NCBI GenBank assembly: GCA_030610945.1
Contig: JAUWQV010000002.1
Span: 28,633-92,632, forward strand
DNA length: 64,000 nt
Direction of reading: 5' to 3'
From: Methanocellales archaeon
Lineage (GTDB): Archaea > Halobacteriota > UBA148 > JAUWXC01
Part shown: positions 19,498 through 31,372 of the stretch, piece after piece
Layout of the letters: each line of letters begins with the position of its first letter
How positions within the stretch are numbered: the stretch's first letter is position 1
The notes under the pieces: model-generated
Databases searched by the model: none
Seen by the model: only the letters and a program-made list of their open reading frames with translations
What the model was told of the DNA's origin: nothing
Made by a program: the position numbers and the translations under genes

Positions 19498-20583
19498 TTA
19501 CTTGAATCTGTCTTTCAATTTTTCCAGGACGGCTGGAAGCGTCGTGTATTCCAGGTCCTTTTCATCCAGTAGATGTGGCTGGAATGGTCCATGGCGCCGC
19601 ATATAGTCTGCTATCTCATTCGCCTTCGCCCTGACAGCATCGAACGACAGGTCTGCGAACATGTCAACAGCGCCCTGCAGCACGCCATCGTTTAACTGGA
19701 ATCCAAGTGCGGTCACTCGTGGCGGACCATCAAACCTTGTGGGATTCGCATCTTTTATCGACACGGGCATTATGGGCCCATTATGGCTGCCCCTCATCCA
19801 TCCTGCAACCAGATATGGATACGCAAATGCCTCCATCGCCTCGCCCACGGCAGGAAAACCGCTCTGGCATCTCACAATCGCCACAGGGTCATCCTTGCCC
19901 ACGTACTTGCCAGCGATTAAATTTAACTTATTTGTCGAGATGACACCTGCGGGCTCGCCAGTTTTCTTTGCAACTGATTCAACGCAGAACTTGCTCTTGA
20001 TGCCTATAATCGCGAGCAAATCGTACAATTCCTCTGGCGCCTTTAGTTCGGCCACTTCATCGGTGTACACGTTCAACACCCTGAATGTGAATCCATCATG
20101 CAGACTGGGATCGAGCACCAGGCCGGCTGTACTAAAGGGGTCCGCGAACATCTTGTAGAACGGCAGGTTAAACGATGCGGGTTCGGTTTTATCCATCATA
20201 AAAACGACAATGGGCTCGCTCTTGCGCTCTTCTATCTTGAACTCGGCACATCCTGGTCCAAGGCCCCTGACGTTGCCGGAAAACGATTCTGACAGCAAAT
20301 CCTGTCCGGCACCGTAAAACTTCTTCTTCTTGGCGATAGCTGTCGCCTCTTCAAATGCATCCCAGGCGAGCTTGTGCACGGGCTCGGCATTTACTCCCTT
20401 GGTATGGGTCATGATTAAATCGATATCATCCCCGCACCGCGCTACATGAAAGTCAATTAAAATATTCTCCTTTTTACCCTTTTCCAAGACAGCGCTGCAC
20501 ACGTCCAGTAATTCCTGCGGCGCCCTTACATGTCCCGGCATGCTGCCGACATCTGCCTTAATTACACTTACTGTAGTTTTCAT
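19498..20583 (-). CDS. fbp: Bifunctional fructose-1,6-bisphosphate aldolase/phosphatase (class V)
   Basis: IKADVGS, YGAGQDLL, YVGKDDP, GWMRGSHNGP, RFDGPP. Confidence 0.96.
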   Translation of the reverse strand: MKTTVSVIKADVGSMPGHVRAPQELLDVCSAVLEKGKKENILIDFHVARCGDDIDLIMTHTKGVNAEPVHKLAWDAFEEATAIAKKKKFYGAGQDLLSESFSGNVRGLGPGCAEFKIEERKSEPIVVFMMDKTEPASFNLPFYKMFADPFSTAGLVLDPSLHDGFTFRVLNVYTDEVAELKAPEELYDLLAIIGIKSKFCVESVAKKTGEPAGVISTNKLNLIAGKYVGKDDPVAIVRCQSGFPAVGEAMEAFAYPYLVAGWMRGSHNGPIMPVSIKDANPTRFDGPPRVTALGFQLNDGVLQGAVDMFADLSFDAVRAKANEIADYMRRHGPFQPHLLDEKDLEYTTLPAVLEKLKDRFK

Positions 20584-20651
20584 GCTCTTTATCCTCCATA
20601 CTTCATTGCACTATCTAATCATTCTACCATAAAATAGGTTTGGATTTAAAC

Positions 20652-21476
20652 TCACCCCATCATCGCCCCCAAGATGAATGCCAAGAGCCCCACCATCATT
20701 CCAACCTTAAGAAGTGATGATGACTTGGCTGGATATTTCTCAATTATCGTGGTCCCCATTAATAAGATTACATCCGCCAGCGTTACAATTACCAGATATG
20801 ACGTCCCAAAATTGCTGAGTACAATCGGTAGTGGGCTTAACACGACAGCCATTATGACGAATACCGATGCAATCATAGCGGACTTTTTCACTCCAACCGA
20901 AATTGGCAGCGTTATAAGACCTTCTTTTTTGTCACCTTTTATGTCCTCAACATCCTTGGCGATTTCTCTACCCACGGTTGCGAGCGCTGCTAACATGAAT
21001 AACACAAAGGTAATTGCAATCTCGTTCACGGCTGCCCCGCCGAACAGGAACGTTGAGCCCGTCAAATACCCGATGCTAACATTCCCCCAGAGCACCGTTC
21101 TTTTGAGTTTATATGCGTAGCCCATGAGCACTAGCGAATTCGCCGCTGCAATGAGAAGGCATATTGGATTTATGAAGTAGGATAACACAATACCAATGCC
21201 AAACAGGCTGATGGCGAATGCGAAAGCACTTCTTGGGCTGATTCTGCCACTCGGTATGGGTCTGTGTGGTTTGTTAATCGCATCTATTTTGACGTCGTAA
21301 AAGTCGTTGATTGTGTTGCCACCTGCAGTCACGACAAAACATACCACGAATGCAAGCGCTACTTGGATCCCATGTATGTTTATCTCGCTCCCAGCGCCCA
21401 CCAGGCACCCTACAACCACCGCTATGCCAGCCATGAAGCAGTTCAGCGGTCTTGTTAATCGAAAATAGTCAATCAT
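20652..21476 (-). CDS. Digeranylgeranylglyceryl phosphate synthase (UbiA family)
   Basis: [34 protein letters not shown]. Confidence 0.93.
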   Translation of the reverse strand: MIDYFRLTRPLNCFMAGIAVVVGCLVGAGSEINIHGIQVALAFVVCFVVTAGGNTINDFYDVKIDAINKPHRPIPSGRISPRSAFAFAISLFGIGIVLSYFINPICLLIAAANSLVLMGYAYKLKRTVLWGNVSIGYLTGSTFLFGGAAVNEIAITFVLFMLAALATVGREIAKDVEDIKGDKKEGLITLPISVGVKKSAMIASVFVIMAVVLSPLPIVLSNFGTSYLVIVTLADVILLMGTTIIEKYPAKSSSLLKVGMMVGLLAFILGAMMG

Positions 21477-22374
21477 CTCTCCCGACCTTTAGCATTCTGT
21501 CCAATGCCTGCTTTGACCTCACACGTATATCTTCCGGCATAATGATCTTGTGTTCCATGTTCTCCAGTGACTTCACTATTGCATCTAGCGTATTCACCTT
21601 CATACCAGGGCAGACAGCACGGTCAGAAGCAGGGTAAAATCTCTTGTCAGGATTTTCCTTGCGCAGGCGATACAATATCCCGGTTTCACTACCAATAATA
21701 AACTCCTTTGCCTTTGACTTCTTCACATACTTGATCATGCCATCTGTACTGAGTACTTTATCTGACAGTTCTATCACTTCCGGCTTGCACTCCGGGTGTA
21801 CAAGTATCTCTGCCTCTGAACGCCTTGCCTTGACCGTGAGAACGTCACTCCTCTGGATGAAATGGTGGCTTGGGCAGTACCCCTCCCAAGGTATGATTTT
21901 CTTATCCGTGTGCGCCGCCACGTATAATGCAAGATTTTTGTCAGGAACGAAGATAATTTCATTGTCGTCCAGCGAATTCACGACTTTTATCGCATTCGCA
22001 GATGTGCAGCATATATCGCTTTCCGCCTTAACCTCTGCAGTGGTATTAACATAGCACACCACCACTGCATCTGGATGCTTTTCTTTCTCCGCGCGCAATG
22101 ATTCTGCTGTGATCATTGCTGCCATGGGGCATTTTGCGCTTAACTCTGGGAGCAGAACTGTTTTATCCGGGCACAAAATAGCGGCGCTTTCAGCCATGAA
22201 GTCCACGCCGCAGAACACGATTACATCGGCATCGCTCTTTGCAGCTTTCTGGCTTAGGCCAAGAGAATCGCCCTTGTAGTCCGCGATATCCTGCACCTCG
22301 CCTATCTGGTAATTGTGCGCGAGTATGATTGCGTTTCTCTCTTCCTTCAATTCCTTTATCCGGTCCTGTAACAT
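21469..22374 (-). CDS. nadA: Quinolinate synthase
   Basis: ILAHNYQ, GDSLGL, CPMA, HPEC, CPGMK. Confidence 0.97.
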   Translation of the reverse strand: MLQDRIKELKEERNAIILAHNYQIGEVQDIADYKGDSLGLSQKAAKSDADVIVFCGVDFMAESAAILCPDKTVLLPELSAKCPMAAMITAESLRAEKEKHPDAVVVCYVNTTAEVKAESDICCTSANAIKVVNSLDDNEIIFVPDKNLALYVAAHTDKKIIPWEGYCPSHHFIQRSDVLTVKARRSEAEILVHPECKPEVIELSDKVLSTDGMIKYVKKSKAKEFIIGSETGILYRLRKENPDKRFYPASDRAVCPGMKVNTLDAIVKSLENMEHKIIMPEDIRVRSKQALDRMLKVGRDD

Positions 22375-22457
22375 CTGCGCTCCTTGGTTGTATATTAATT
22401 AGATTGCTGAATTAAAGAGTTTCTGGATGATATGAAAAACCCTCATCGGAAAAGGTT

Positions 22458-23276
22458 TCACGTCCCGATTTGGATTGGCTCTGTAATCTTTTTCAAGGTG
22501 GCGATTGCGGATAGCGCAGCCAGATAACTCGTCTTGGGATTGCCGGGCGATGGCACATTTTCAACCCTCGTTTCGAACCTGCCAAAGTCCCCTTCCACGT
22601 GAATTTCGTGAACGTTCCTCTTCAGTGCGGGGTCTGCTATGATGCGCACCTTTGTCCGTTTAGCGCCTATGCCAGCAAGGCTAAGCGTAGCTGCCACGTT
22701 TACATTGGCTGGAAATCCCTTTGCCGCCTCTTGTGCACTTCCTTCAAACATGATGGTGGCTTTTTTCAATGCACCCAGGTCTATCTTATGTTGCACGATG
22801 TATGGCGCACCCTCGAGCGATGCCGGCGGCTTTCTGGTAGTGAGCGTAACCGAGTCAATCTTCGCTATCGAGGCGGATTTTAATCCATCCAATCCTACAA
22901 TAGCGCCGGATGGCAGGTACACCTTGCAACCATTTTCATGCGCCAAGTCTTTGATACGGTGTAGTAATCCTTCATCAGTTAACGCACCAATGCTCATGAT
23001 CATGACATCTTTGCCCTTGCCAAGCGCCAGTATCGCCACTTCCCTAACTGCAGACTGGGATGCGCACTCCACTACCAAATCCACGGCATCTATCAATTCA
23101 GGAATGCCCATTGCCTTTGGCTTCACGCGCTTTAATGAGTCGGCCATCTCCTGTGCTGAGCCGAGGTCGCGGTCTGATAACGCGGTTAGATTAGCGTTAA
23201 CGATGCCCCTGTCGAATGCTTTACAAATTTCCTCGCCGATTGCGCCACAGCCAACTATCCCTACTTTAATCATCAA
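22458..23276 (-). CDS. nadX: L-aspartate dehydrogenase
   Basis: GCGAIG, PSGAIVGLD, FPANVNVA, NPKTSYLAA; lies between nadA and nadC. Confidence 0.95.
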   Translation of the reverse strand: MMIKVGIVGCGAIGEEICKAFDRGIVNANLTALSDRDLGSAQEMADSLKRVKPKAMGIPELIDAVDLVVECASQSAVREVAILALGKGKDVMIMSIGALTDEGLLHRIKDLAHENGCKVYLPSGAIVGLDGLKSASIAKIDSVTLTTRKPPASLEGAPYIVQHKIDLGALKKATIMFEGSAQEAAKGFPANVNVAATLSLAGIGAKRTKVRIIADPALKRNVHEIHVEGDFGRFETRVENVPSPGNPKTSYLAALSAIATLKKITEPIQIGT

Positions 23277-23319
23277 GGAAACTAATATATCTTAAGTATG
23301 AAATTGTTACGGTGAAATT

Positions 23320-24132
23320 GTGATGCCCGACCTAGAGCGATTTCTCAAGGAAGACATTGGCTCCGGAGACATTTCTGGAGCGGTGGTTCCGGATGTTTAT
23401 GTTAAAGCACACATCAAAGCCTGTGAAGATGGTGTCCTGGCCGGACTTGAGGAAGGAGAGCAGGTATTCGAGCACTTTGGGCTTGAGACGCAGACTGTGT
23501 TTAGCGATGGTGCCAAAATCAAGAGGGACGACGTTGTTCTGGAGATAAGTGGAAGCGCCAGGTCCATTCTTGCGGCGGAGCGGACGGCACTGAACATCCT
23601 GGGCAGAATGAGTGGCATTGCTACCCTAACCAGAAAATGCGTCAAGAAGAGCAAGGGCGTCACGGTCGCGGGCACGAGAAAGACCACGCCAGGGTTCAGA
23701 GAATTTGAGAAAAAGGCCATTAGGCTCGGCGGAGGATGTCCGCACCGGTATAATTTAGCTGAAGCCGTATTGTTCAAGGATAACCATATTGCAGTTGCAG
23801 GATTGGAAAGTGCAATCAAAAGTGCGAAGAAGATGTACCCCGAGAAGGAAATCGAGGTAGAAGTAGACAACGTTGAGGATGCACTTAAGGCAGCACAACT
23901 TGGTGCTGATATAATAATGTTTGATAATATGAGTCCGGATGAAATCAAGGATGCGATTGGATTGTTAAAAGAAAACGGTCTGCGCGAACGTGTGAAACTT
24001 GAGGCCTCAGGGGGGATCACGCTTGATAATCTGGATGATTATGTGGATACAGGCGCGGATGTGATTTCTATGGGCATGCTAACGCATTCTGCGAGATGGC
24101 TGAATTTCAGTCTAATCATTAAAAAACGCTGA
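23320..24132 (+). CDS. nadC: Quinolinate phosphoribosyltransferase
   Basis: TRKTTPG, KDNH, EVEV, EASGGI. Confidence 0.96.
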   Translation: MMPDLERFLKEDIGSGDISGAVVPDVYVKAHIKACEDGVLAGLEEGEQVFEHFGLETQTVFSDGAKIKRDDVVLEISGSARSILAAERTALNILGRMSGIATLTRKCVKKSKGVTVAGTRKTTPGFREFEKKAIRLGGGCPHRYNLAEAVLFKDNHIAVAGLESAIKSAKKMYPEKEIEVEVDNVEDALKAAQLGADIIMFDNMSPDEIKDAIGLLKENGLRERVKLEASGGITLDNLDDYVDTGADVISMGMLTHSARWLNFSLIIKKR

Positions 24133-25459
24133 TGTACCTGTCGACTTCCCACTGATGTACCTGCGCCCTGTATGCGCTCCATTCTGCCCGCTTGGCATCG
24201 ACGAAATGCTCGTAGATATGCTCGCCTAACGCAGATTTAATTACTTTATCTTTAGCAAGCACATCCAACGCTTCATCAAGACTTTTCGGAAGCGTTTTGA
24301 TTCCCAGTTCCCTCCTTTCCTGAAGGGACATCGTGTATATATTCTTGTTAACTGGCTCACCAAGGTCGATTTTGTTCTTGATGCCGTCCAAGCCTGCTTT
24401 TAACATCGCTGATATCGCAAGATAGGGATTGCATGCTGGATCTGGATTTCGCAATTCTACTCTTGTTCCGGCCTCTCTGCGTGCGGGCACTCTCACCAAT
24501 GGAGACCTGTTCTGCTCTGACCATGCGATGTATACCGGCGCTTCGTACCCTGGTACAAGCCGCTTGTACGAGTTGACCAACTGGTTTGTGATTGCCGTGT
24601 ACCCCTTTGCATGTGCCAGCAATCCACCCATATAATGCCTGGCAACATCGCTCAGTTGGTATGGTGAGTTCGGGTCATAGAACGCATTCTTGCCATTCTT
24701 GAACAATGACTGGTGCACGTGCATTCCAGAGCCATATTCTCCAAAGAGCGGCTTTGGCATGAACGTCGCGTGCAAACCGTGCTTTTGTGCGATGATTCTG
24801 ACTACGAACTTTAATGTCACCAGGCGATCTGCCGTCGTAAGCGCGTCTGCATGCTTGAAGTCAATCTCATGCTGGCCAGGGGCAACTTCATGATGGGAAG
24901 CTTCAATCTCAAATCCCATATCTTCAAGAGTTAGCACTGTATCCCGCCTTGCGTTTTCGCCCAAATCCACGGGAGACAAGTCAAAATAGCCGCCTTGGTC
25001 ATGCGTTTTTGTAGTCACACCACCATTTTCATCTTTCAAGAAGAGGAAGAATTCCGCCTCTGGACCCACATTCATCGTGAACCCCAACTTTTCTGCCTCT
25101 TGCAGCATCTTTTTTAGATTGTTTCTCGGGCAGCCCTCAAATGGTTTGTCATCAGAAGTATACACATCACATATCAGTCGTGCAACCGTGACGCCATTTG
25201 ATTTCCATGGAAAAATAGTAAATGTGGATGGGTCCGGCTTCAGATACATGTCAGATTCTTCGATTCGCACAAATCCTTCAATAGAAGAGCCATCGAACAT
25301 CAATTCGCCTGCGAGTGCCTTCTCTAATTGTGAGACGGGGATCGCCACATTTTTCACAATCCCCATGATGTCTATGAACTGCAGCCTAACAAATCTTACA
25401 TCGTGTTTTTCAACCAACTCATATATCCTGTCTACAGCTTTTGCACTCACACGAATCAC
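24119..25459 (-). CDS. glnA: Glutamine synthetase type I
   Basis: [40 protein letters not shown]. Confidence 0.97.
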   Translation of the reverse strand: MIRVSAKAVDRIYELVEKHDVRFVRLQFIDIMGIVKNVAIPVSQLEKALAGELMFDGSSIEGFVRIEESDMYLKPDPSTFTIFPWKSNGVTVARLICDVYTSDDKPFEGCPRNNLKKMLQEAEKLGFTMNVGPEAEFFLFLKDENGGVTTKTHDQGGYFDLSPVDLGENARRDTVLTLEDMGFEIEASHHEVAPGQHEIDFKHADALTTADRLVTLKFVVRIIAQKHGLHATFMPKPLFGEYGSGMHVHQSLFKNGKNAFYDPNSPYQLSDVARHYMGGLLAHAKGYTAITNQLVNSYKRLVPGYEAPVYIAWSEQNRSPLVRVPARREAGTRVELRNPDPACNPYLAISAMLKAGLDGIKNKIDLGEPVNKNIYTMSLQERRELGIKTLPKSLDEALDVLAKDKVIKSALGEHIYEHFVDAKRAEWSAYRAQVHQWEVDRYISVF

Positions 25460-25519
25460 TCTATCAATGAATTGAGCTCTCTCTATATGATACTTACTAA
25501 AAAGAGATTATGTCTTAAC

Positions 25520-26317
25520 CTAGATGCCTTTTGCTTTTAGATATTCCTTTGCTTCTTTGATCGTATATTCGTCGTAGTGGAATATGCTTGCAGCTAGGCA
25601 GGCATCTGCTCCGTTAACGAAAGCCTCGTACATGTGCTCCAGGTTACCACATCCTCCTGATGCAATTACAGGTATGTCAACTGCCTCTGCTATCGATCTG
25701 GTGATGGGTATGTCATACCCGTCTTTGGTTCCATCTCGGTCTTTGGATGTAAGCAAAATTCCGCCTGCACCAAGTCTTTCCACCTCTAGCGCCCACTGGA
25801 CGGCGTCCTTCCCTGTCGAAGTTTTGCCCCCATAGATGACAACGTCATACCATGCCTTGCTACCATCTTCGAGTTCCAGCATGGTTTTGTTCTCTGTGCT
25901 ATCAAATGCACGCTTGCAGTCAACCGCAGCCACCACTCGTTCAGAACCGAACTCCTTTGCAGCATCCCTTATCAATTCAGGGTTTTTGACCGCGGCAGTG
26001 TTAACGCCTGCTTTGGCCGCTCCAGCGTCAAAGACCTTCCTGAAATCATCCAAAGTTCTTATGCCACCTCCAACGCACAGTGGAATTGAGATTTGCTCCA
26101 CTATCTTTCTCGGCATATCAGCCATCCTCTCTCTCCCCTCTGTCGAGGCGGTGATGTCCAGAAAAACGAGTTCGTCCGCTCCTTCTCTGTCGTACTTTTT
26201 CGCAAGTTCAACCGGGTCGCCGGCGTATTTGAGTTCTTCAAATTCCACGCCCTTGACAACTACGGCGTTCCCCTTTTCGTCAAGCGTCGTATCTAAGCAA
26301 GGAATAATTTTTTTCAT
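25520..26317 (-). CDS. hisF: Imidazole glycerol phosphate synthase cyclase subunit
   Basis: [36 protein letters not shown]. Confidence 0.96.
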   Translation of the reverse strand: MKKIIPCLDTTLDEKGNAVVVKGVEFEELKYAGDPVELAKKYDREGADELVFLDITASTEGRERMADMPRKIVEQISIPLCVGGGIRTLDDFRKVFDAGAAKAGVNTAAVKNPELIRDAAKEFGSERVVAAVDCKRAFDSTENKTMLELEDGSKAWYDVVIYGGKTSTGKDAVQWALEVERLGAGGILLTSKDRDGTKDGYDIPITRSIAEAVDIPVIASGGCGNLEHMYEAFVNGADACLAASIFHYDEYTIKEAKEYLKAKGI

Positions 26318-26332
26318 TTATTGTCACTAACC

Positions 26333-27922
26333 TTAGCCGAGAATACTCTCTATCGCATCGTTCTCAATCTCTTCGAACGTAGGAATGCCGGTGACTTTTG
26401 CTGCAACCTCTGACAAGGATGCTATGTCCTTTCTACTCAGCAGATCTAATTTGAACTTTCTCGAGCCTGCCAGCAACTGTTTCAGCCCTACTCCAAGCCG
26501 GTCCACGTAGTATGTGTACAGCCCAACTGCTCCAGCAGGAATGTCCTTGGCGCGCGCGCCATACGTATCCTCCAACTCGGACATCATGATGAAGAACTGC
26601 TCTGGATTCGCGCCGTATTTCTCCACAAATGACTTTGGCAATTTGTTTTCTTTCGCCAGTTCTACAAAGTGCTCTGACTTCATCACTGCGGTTATTGGGG
26701 CCCTGGCCATTGCAATGGCTTTCACGTGCGGGCTGTCGCCGAGATTGCTCATCGCAATCGACTTGAATATCTGCGTCTCGTTGACGAACCCGCCGGCAAA
26801 TGCGATATCTGGCACATATCTGCCCTTCTTTTTCAGCAGTCCTATGCATTTCATGACCTGTGCCTGCAGATACACTGTGGGCGTGCTACATTCGTTCATC
26901 ATCGGCACTGGGCTCATGCCCGTCCCTCCGCCTGCACCATCGAACGTGAGCAAATCGATCTTCGCCTCCGATGCCGCCTTGAGCGTGAATGCCACTACTG
27001 CAGGCCTGTATGCTCCGGTCTTGAGGAATACATGTTTGGCACCCTGCTTTCTGAGGTTTTCTATATCCTCCACAAAACTCTCGTGTGTTGGGAATCCGAC
27101 TCTGCTATGCCGCTCAAACGTCTTGAAGGCACCCTCTTTGAATGCCTTTTGTACGCTCTCATCCTCTGGGTCTGGAATCACAACGTATCCTCTTCTTTTC
27201 AACTCTATCGCCTTGGCAAGGTCTGATATTCTCACCTCGCCGCCGATTGCTTTGGCGCCCTGTCCCCATTTTCTTTCAATGACATTAACTTCTAACTTGG
27301 AAAGAGCGTACTTGTCCACGCCCAGTCGCTGGTCCTCTACATTGGTCTGGACGACGATGTCACCATGCACACCATCCCAGAATTCCCTGTATTTCTCAAC
27401 CCTGTACTTGAGGTCGTCTGAGTGCGTTACCTGTCCATCCGTGACTTTCGAGTTCATGTCCATTCCGCAGATATTCTCTCCAATTACCTGGATTGTGCCG
27501 GAGATTGCCGCACCTACGGCCAACCCATCCCAGTAATTTTTCGCCACCGCCGTGGACCCCAGTCCTGCCGTGAATACGGGCACTTTAAGTGGCACCCCTC
27601 CGACAGACGTTTTAATGTCCACTGCCGGAAAAACTGCCTTGTCTGATTCCGGCTCGATTCCTTCTGCCCCCAATACCTCGGTCAGTATCTGGAAATGTGA
27701 CCAGTCCAGCCCATAATCCTTATTGGATGCAGCCGTGCTATGTCCGAACTCTTCAGGCGCCGGATACAATACCTCTCTGCCCCTGAACGCAGACTTGCTG
27801 ATTTCACATAAGACGTTACAACTCTTTACACAAATTGGGCACATGCCGCTTGTGGGACTTATGTCCTTCACCCGCGTAGCAGTGCCAGTTGTGGATCTTG
27901 CATTTGCGTATATGTCAGCCAT
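26333..27922 (-). CDS. Stand-alone FMN-binding glutamate-synthase-family protein
   Basis: CPICVKSCNVLCE Fe-S motif, KWGQGAKAIGGE, DGAGGGTGMSP. Confidence 0.88.
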   Translation of the reverse strand: MADIYANARSTTGTATRVKDISPTSGMCPICVKSCNVLCEISKSAFRGREVLYPAPEEFGHSTAASNKDYGLDWSHFQILTEVLGAEGIEPESDKAVFPAVDIKTSVGGVPLKVPVFTAGLGSTAVAKNYWDGLAVGAAISGTIQVIGENICGMDMNSKVTDGQVTHSDDLKYRVEKYREFWDGVHGDIVVQTNVEDQRLGVDKYALSKLEVNVIERKWGQGAKAIGGEVRISDLAKAIELKRRGYVVIPDPEDESVQKAFKEGAFKTFERHSRVGFPTHESFVEDIENLRKQGAKHVFLKTGAYRPAVVAFTLKAASEAKIDLLTFDGAGGGTGMSPVPMMNECSTPTVYLQAQVMKCIGLLKKKGRYVPDIAFAGGFVNETQIFKSIAMSNLGDSPHVKAIAMARAPITAVMKSEHFVELAKENKLPKSFVEKYGANPEQFFIMMSELEDTYGARAKDIPAGAVGLYTYYVDRLGVGLKQLLAGSRKFKLDLLSRKDIASLSEVAAKVTGIPTFEEIENDAIESILG

Positions 27923-28017
27923 ATTTTCTACCCCATAAAATAACTAATGTTGACCCTGATGCTATTTTCATTTGTTATCTTAATACTTGCCCTTTTTCTT
28001 CCGGAGAATACCATGAT

Positions 28018-28434
28018 TTATCTTACGGCTCCTCTGGAATCCTGGTATTGTCCATTATATGCTTCGCTCGGCGCCTTTACCTGGAGCAGGAGCATTTGGA
28101 CTATTCTTTCGCCCTTCTTCAATTCTATTTCTTTTTCGCCCATATTGCTCAGGCAGAGTGTTAGATTTCCCCTGAATCCCGGGTCAATAAAGCCGCCACC
28201 TAAAACGAGACCTTTTCGAGCATATGACGACCTGGTGCGGAGAACTCCAGCAACATCCTGAGGTAGCTCCACATACTCGAGCGATGACACCAACTTGAGT
28301 GTCTTCGACGGTATCGTAACATCAACTCCTGCCCTAAGGTCATACGAGGCAGGCTGAAGCGATTCCTTGCCAAATGGCTCAATGACCATATCGTTTCCAA
28401 TTCTTCTTTTTATCTCTTTGCTCGACAGAATCAT
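28018..28434 (-). CDS. dcd: dCTP deaminase/dUTPase family protein
   Basis: LQPASYDLR, RSSYARKG, IDPGFRGNLTL, YNGQYQ. Confidence 0.88.
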   Translation of the reverse strand: MILSSKEIKRRIGNDMVIEPFGKESLQPASYDLRAGVDVTIPSKTLKLVSSLEYVELPQDVAGVLRTRSSYARKGLVLGGGFIDPGFRGNLTLCLSNMGEKEIELKKGERIVQMLLLQVKAPSEAYNGQYQDSRGAVR

Positions 28435-28494
28435 GATAATCCCAACTGCTTACTTTCACGTAAACTATAATAGAGCAGCGCTTGAATATGTATC

Positions 28495-28566
28495 GGGTCT
28501 GTGGGGTAGTGGATATCCTTTCGGGCTTCGAACCCGACGACCTGGGTTCAAATCCCAGCAGATCCG
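28495..28566 (+). tRNA. tRNA-Arg(TCG)
   Basis: GGGTCTG acceptor stem pairing with CAGATCC; anticodon arm TCGGG CT TCG AA CCCGA; T-arm CTGGG TTCAAAT CCCAG. Confidence 0.93.
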
Positions 28567-29153
28567 TTCTTCCTGATTGCAGTAGCAAGCCTTTGTAGAG
28601 CGCTGATGTTGGTTAGGATAGCCAAAATTACTATTATATAGGTCAAGTAAACTCTGTCGAAGTGAGCCAGCAAAATGCCAATGCATAGTAGCGCAATTCT
28701 CTCTGCCCTCTCCACGATGCCCCCTCTTACATCTTTTCCGAGTTTATCACATGCCGCCGCCTTTGCATACGACGTCATCATTGAGCCGAATAAGAAGACG
28801 AGAATCCAACAGTAGATTGGAATTGTGAAATCGGGAAGGGAGCAGAACAGCAGGGCAAAGATTATCAGAAATTCCACGTACCGGTCCATCATGGTGTCCA
28901 AGTAGGCGCCAAGTTTTGTGACGCGCCCGGTAACCCTTGCGACCGAACCATCAACGAGGTCAATGAACGCGGAGATGAAAAAGAAAACTCCGGCAGGAAT
29001 AAATCGGCCGGACGTTATAAGATAAAAAGCGATGAGAGCCGGTATTAAACTGGAAAGAGTCCACTGGTTGGGAGATAACCCTAACCTGCTGAAGATTATT
29101 CCCACCTTGATGGAAATTCTCTCGAATTTTTCCTTATTTTTGTAGAGGGTCAC
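28548..29153 (-). CDS. CDP-alcohol phosphatidyltransferase (probable archaetidylinositol phosphate synthase)
   Basis: DLVDGSVAR...GAYLDTMMDR motif; coupled to inositol-phosphate synthase. Confidence 0.9.
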   Translation of the reverse strand: MTLYKNKEKFERISIKVGIIFSRLGLSPNQWTLSSLIPALIAFYLITSGRFIPAGVFFFISAFIDLVDGSVARVTGRVTKLGAYLDTMMDRYVEFLIIFALLFCSLPDFTIPIYCWILVFLFGSMMTSYAKAAACDKLGKDVRGGIVERAERIALLCIGILLAHFDRVYLTYIIVILAILTNISALQRLATAIRKNGSAGI

Positions 29154-30250
29154 CTGACTCGTTCTCCTTTGATGAACTCTTCTACCATCTGACGTGCTAC
29201 ATCATCCGGAAACTGCTGCAGTGGTCTTTTCATGGTGTAGGCAGAGATGGAAATTAACGGTCCGCCGATTTTTCTATCCAGCGCCAATTTACAGCACCTG
29301 ATGGCGTCTATCGCACAGCCAGCAGAATTGGGAGAATCCTCGACGCTCAGCCTCATCTCAAGATTGACAGGTGCATCTCCGAACTTCCTGCCCTCAATTC
29401 GTATGAATGCTACCTTATTATCCAACAGCCATGGCACATAATCGCTTGGACCTATGTGGATATCATCGCGGTCCATAGGGACTGGCATTTGGGATTGCAC
29501 GGATTCTGTTTTGCTAATCTTTTTGCTAACCAACCTCGATCTCTCCAGCATATTCAGGAAATCCGTGTTCCCGCCAGTGTTCAGTTGATACGTCCTATCG
29601 ATTTTTACCCCTCTGTCCGAGAATAATTTCGCCATGGTTCTGTGAACTATGGTTGCGCCAACCTGTGACTTTATGTCATCTCCAATTATCGGCAGCCCTT
29701 TTTTCTCAAACTTTTTTGCCCACTCCTGGTTTGAAACGATGAAAACCGGCATGCAATTGATGAAGGCAACGCCTGCATCCAAGCAAGCTCTGACATAATG
29801 TTCAACTGCCTCCTCGCTTCCGACTGGCAGATAGTTTATCAATATTTCAGCTCCGCTCTTTTTTAATTCATCTGCAACGTCCACCGGCCTCTCATCTGCG
29901 ATAACGAATGTTCTATCTTCTGGATAATCCCTCATGTGGTCTGCAACTCCATCCAGTACAGGCCCCATCTTGACCTCTACGCCCATGTCGGGAACGTCAT
30001 TGCAAAATATCTTGGTGCAGTTGGGCTTTGCGAAAATCGCCTCTGATAAATCTTTTCCGACCTTTCTTTTATCAACATCAAAAGCTGCTACTGGTTTGAT
30101 GTTGGAGATCTTGTATCCGCCCAGAACGTTGTGCATCAGGCCGGGGATCAATGCATTATTTGTATCGACGTCCTTGTAATAAAAAAGGCCCTGTATCAGG
30201 GAGGATGCACAGTTACCGACACCGGCGATTGCAATTTTTATCGCGTTCAT
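29150..30250 (-). CDS. ino1: Myo-inositol-1-phosphate synthase
   Basis: GVGNCASSL, GDDIKSQVGAT, GGNTDFLNM, DSPNSAG; start at ATG 30250 (in-frame starts up to 30274). Confidence 0.95.
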   Translation of the reverse strand: MNAIKIAIAGVGNCASSLIQGLFYYKDVDTNNALIPGLMHNVLGGYKISNIKPVAAFDVDKRKVGKDLSEAIFAKPNCTKIFCNDVPDMGVEVKMGPVLDGVADHMRDYPEDRTFVIADERPVDVADELKKSGAEILINYLPVGSEEAVEHYVRACLDAGVAFINCMPVFIVSNQEWAKKFEKKGLPIIGDDIKSQVGATIVHRTMAKLFSDRGVKIDRTYQLNTGGNTDFLNMLERSRLVSKKISKTESVQSQMPVPMDRDDIHIGPSDYVPWLLDNKVAFIRIEGRKFGDAPVNLEMRLSVEDSPNSAGCAIDAIRCCKLALDRKIGGPLISISAYTMKRPLQQFPDDVARQMVEEFIKGERVR

Positions 30251-30325
30251 TTGACCACCGTTTGCCATACTCACTAATCCTAAGAAGATATAATACTTAT
30301 CAAAACGTTAATTAGGTGTAATACT

Positions 30326-31372
30326 ATGCATGGCGAATTAATCGGAGATAGGGTCGTACTTGGCGAAGATGCCATCACCAAATTATACAGCACCAGTTAC
30401 TATGGACGCCTCAAGGAGGGAAAGCTCGAGTTATCCCTGGTAGAAGCTGCTTACCTGCTTAAAGAGGGGAAAATTTCCATCGTCCATGGCGAAAAACCTC
30501 TGGACTTCAAGGAGTTTTTTGTGATTGCATCCACTTTAATGAAGAACTTCGAATTGAAGTACATCGTCTACAAGGACATGCGAGGAAGAGGATACTATGT
30601 ACAGCCGAGTGTAACTGATTTTAGACTGTATCCGAGAGGAGGGAAGCCAGGAAAAACACGCGCTATGTATTTCGTGCGCGCGATATCTGAGCGAGAGCCC
30701 CTTCCATTGGCAAACATACTACACTATCTGGAGATTGCAGAAAATATGCGAAAGCACATCATCCTAGCCATCGTGGATGAAGAGAGTGACATAACGTTTT
30801 ATGATGTCAAAAAGACGAGCATGAAGGGCGAGACGAAATTCACAGGTGGCAAGGGAGATGGCACGTTGTTGGAGGACAGGGTCATCGTATGGGATTCGGC
30901 TTTAGTCAAGGTGTTACACCAAAAAGGCTTTTTTGGAAAGCCGCTGGATGAAGAGCGATTGCAGCTCTCTCTTGTTGAGTCCGCGTACTTGATGAAAAAG
31001 AAGGTCCTCAAGGTTACTGATGCCACTGGTAACGTCATCGATGTTAAGACCTTCACAAAAAGGGCATCTGAAATCGAGGCAGATTTTGGGCACAAGCTCA
31101 GAGTCTATGAAAATCTAAGAGAGAATGGGATGGTTGCTAAGACGGGCTTCAAATTCGGCAGTCATTTTCGCGCCTATGAGAAAGTGGAATCTCTTGATAG
31201 ATTGATACACTCGAAATACCTGGTGCACGCCATTTCAAAAGACCATGTGTTTCTACTGCCAGAGCTATCTAGGGCAATAAGGCTAGCACAGAGCGTTAGG
31301 AAGCGAATGATATTTGGGTATGTAACGGGTAAAAATGTAGGGTACATCGATATAGGACGGACCAAGCTATGA
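30326..31372 (+). CDS. endA: tRNA splicing endonuclease (alpha2 type, internally duplicated)
   Basis: Two LSLVE[A/S]AYL repeats; [22 protein letters not shown]. Confidence 0.95.
   Translation: MHGELIGDRVVLGEDAITKLYSTSYYGRLKEGKLELSLVEAAYLLKEGKISIVHGEKPLDFKEFFVIASTLMKNFELKYIVYKDMRGRGYYVQPSVTDFRLYPRGGKPGKTRAMYFVRAISEREPLPLANILHYLEIAENMRKHIILAIVDEESDITFYDVKKTSMKGETKFTGGKGDGTLLEDRVIVWDSALVKVLHQKGFFGKPLDEERLQLSLVESAYLMKKKVLKVTDATGNVIDVKTFTKRASEIEADFGHKLRVYENLRENGMVAKTGFKFGSHFRAYEKVESLDRLIHSKYLVHAISKDHVFLLPELSRAIRLAQSVRKRMIFGYVTGKNVGYIDIGRTKL

Noticed and set aside
27923..28017. NrpR operator upstream of the nitrogen cluster
   Set aside because: No GGAA-N6-TTCC found here or upstream of glnA.
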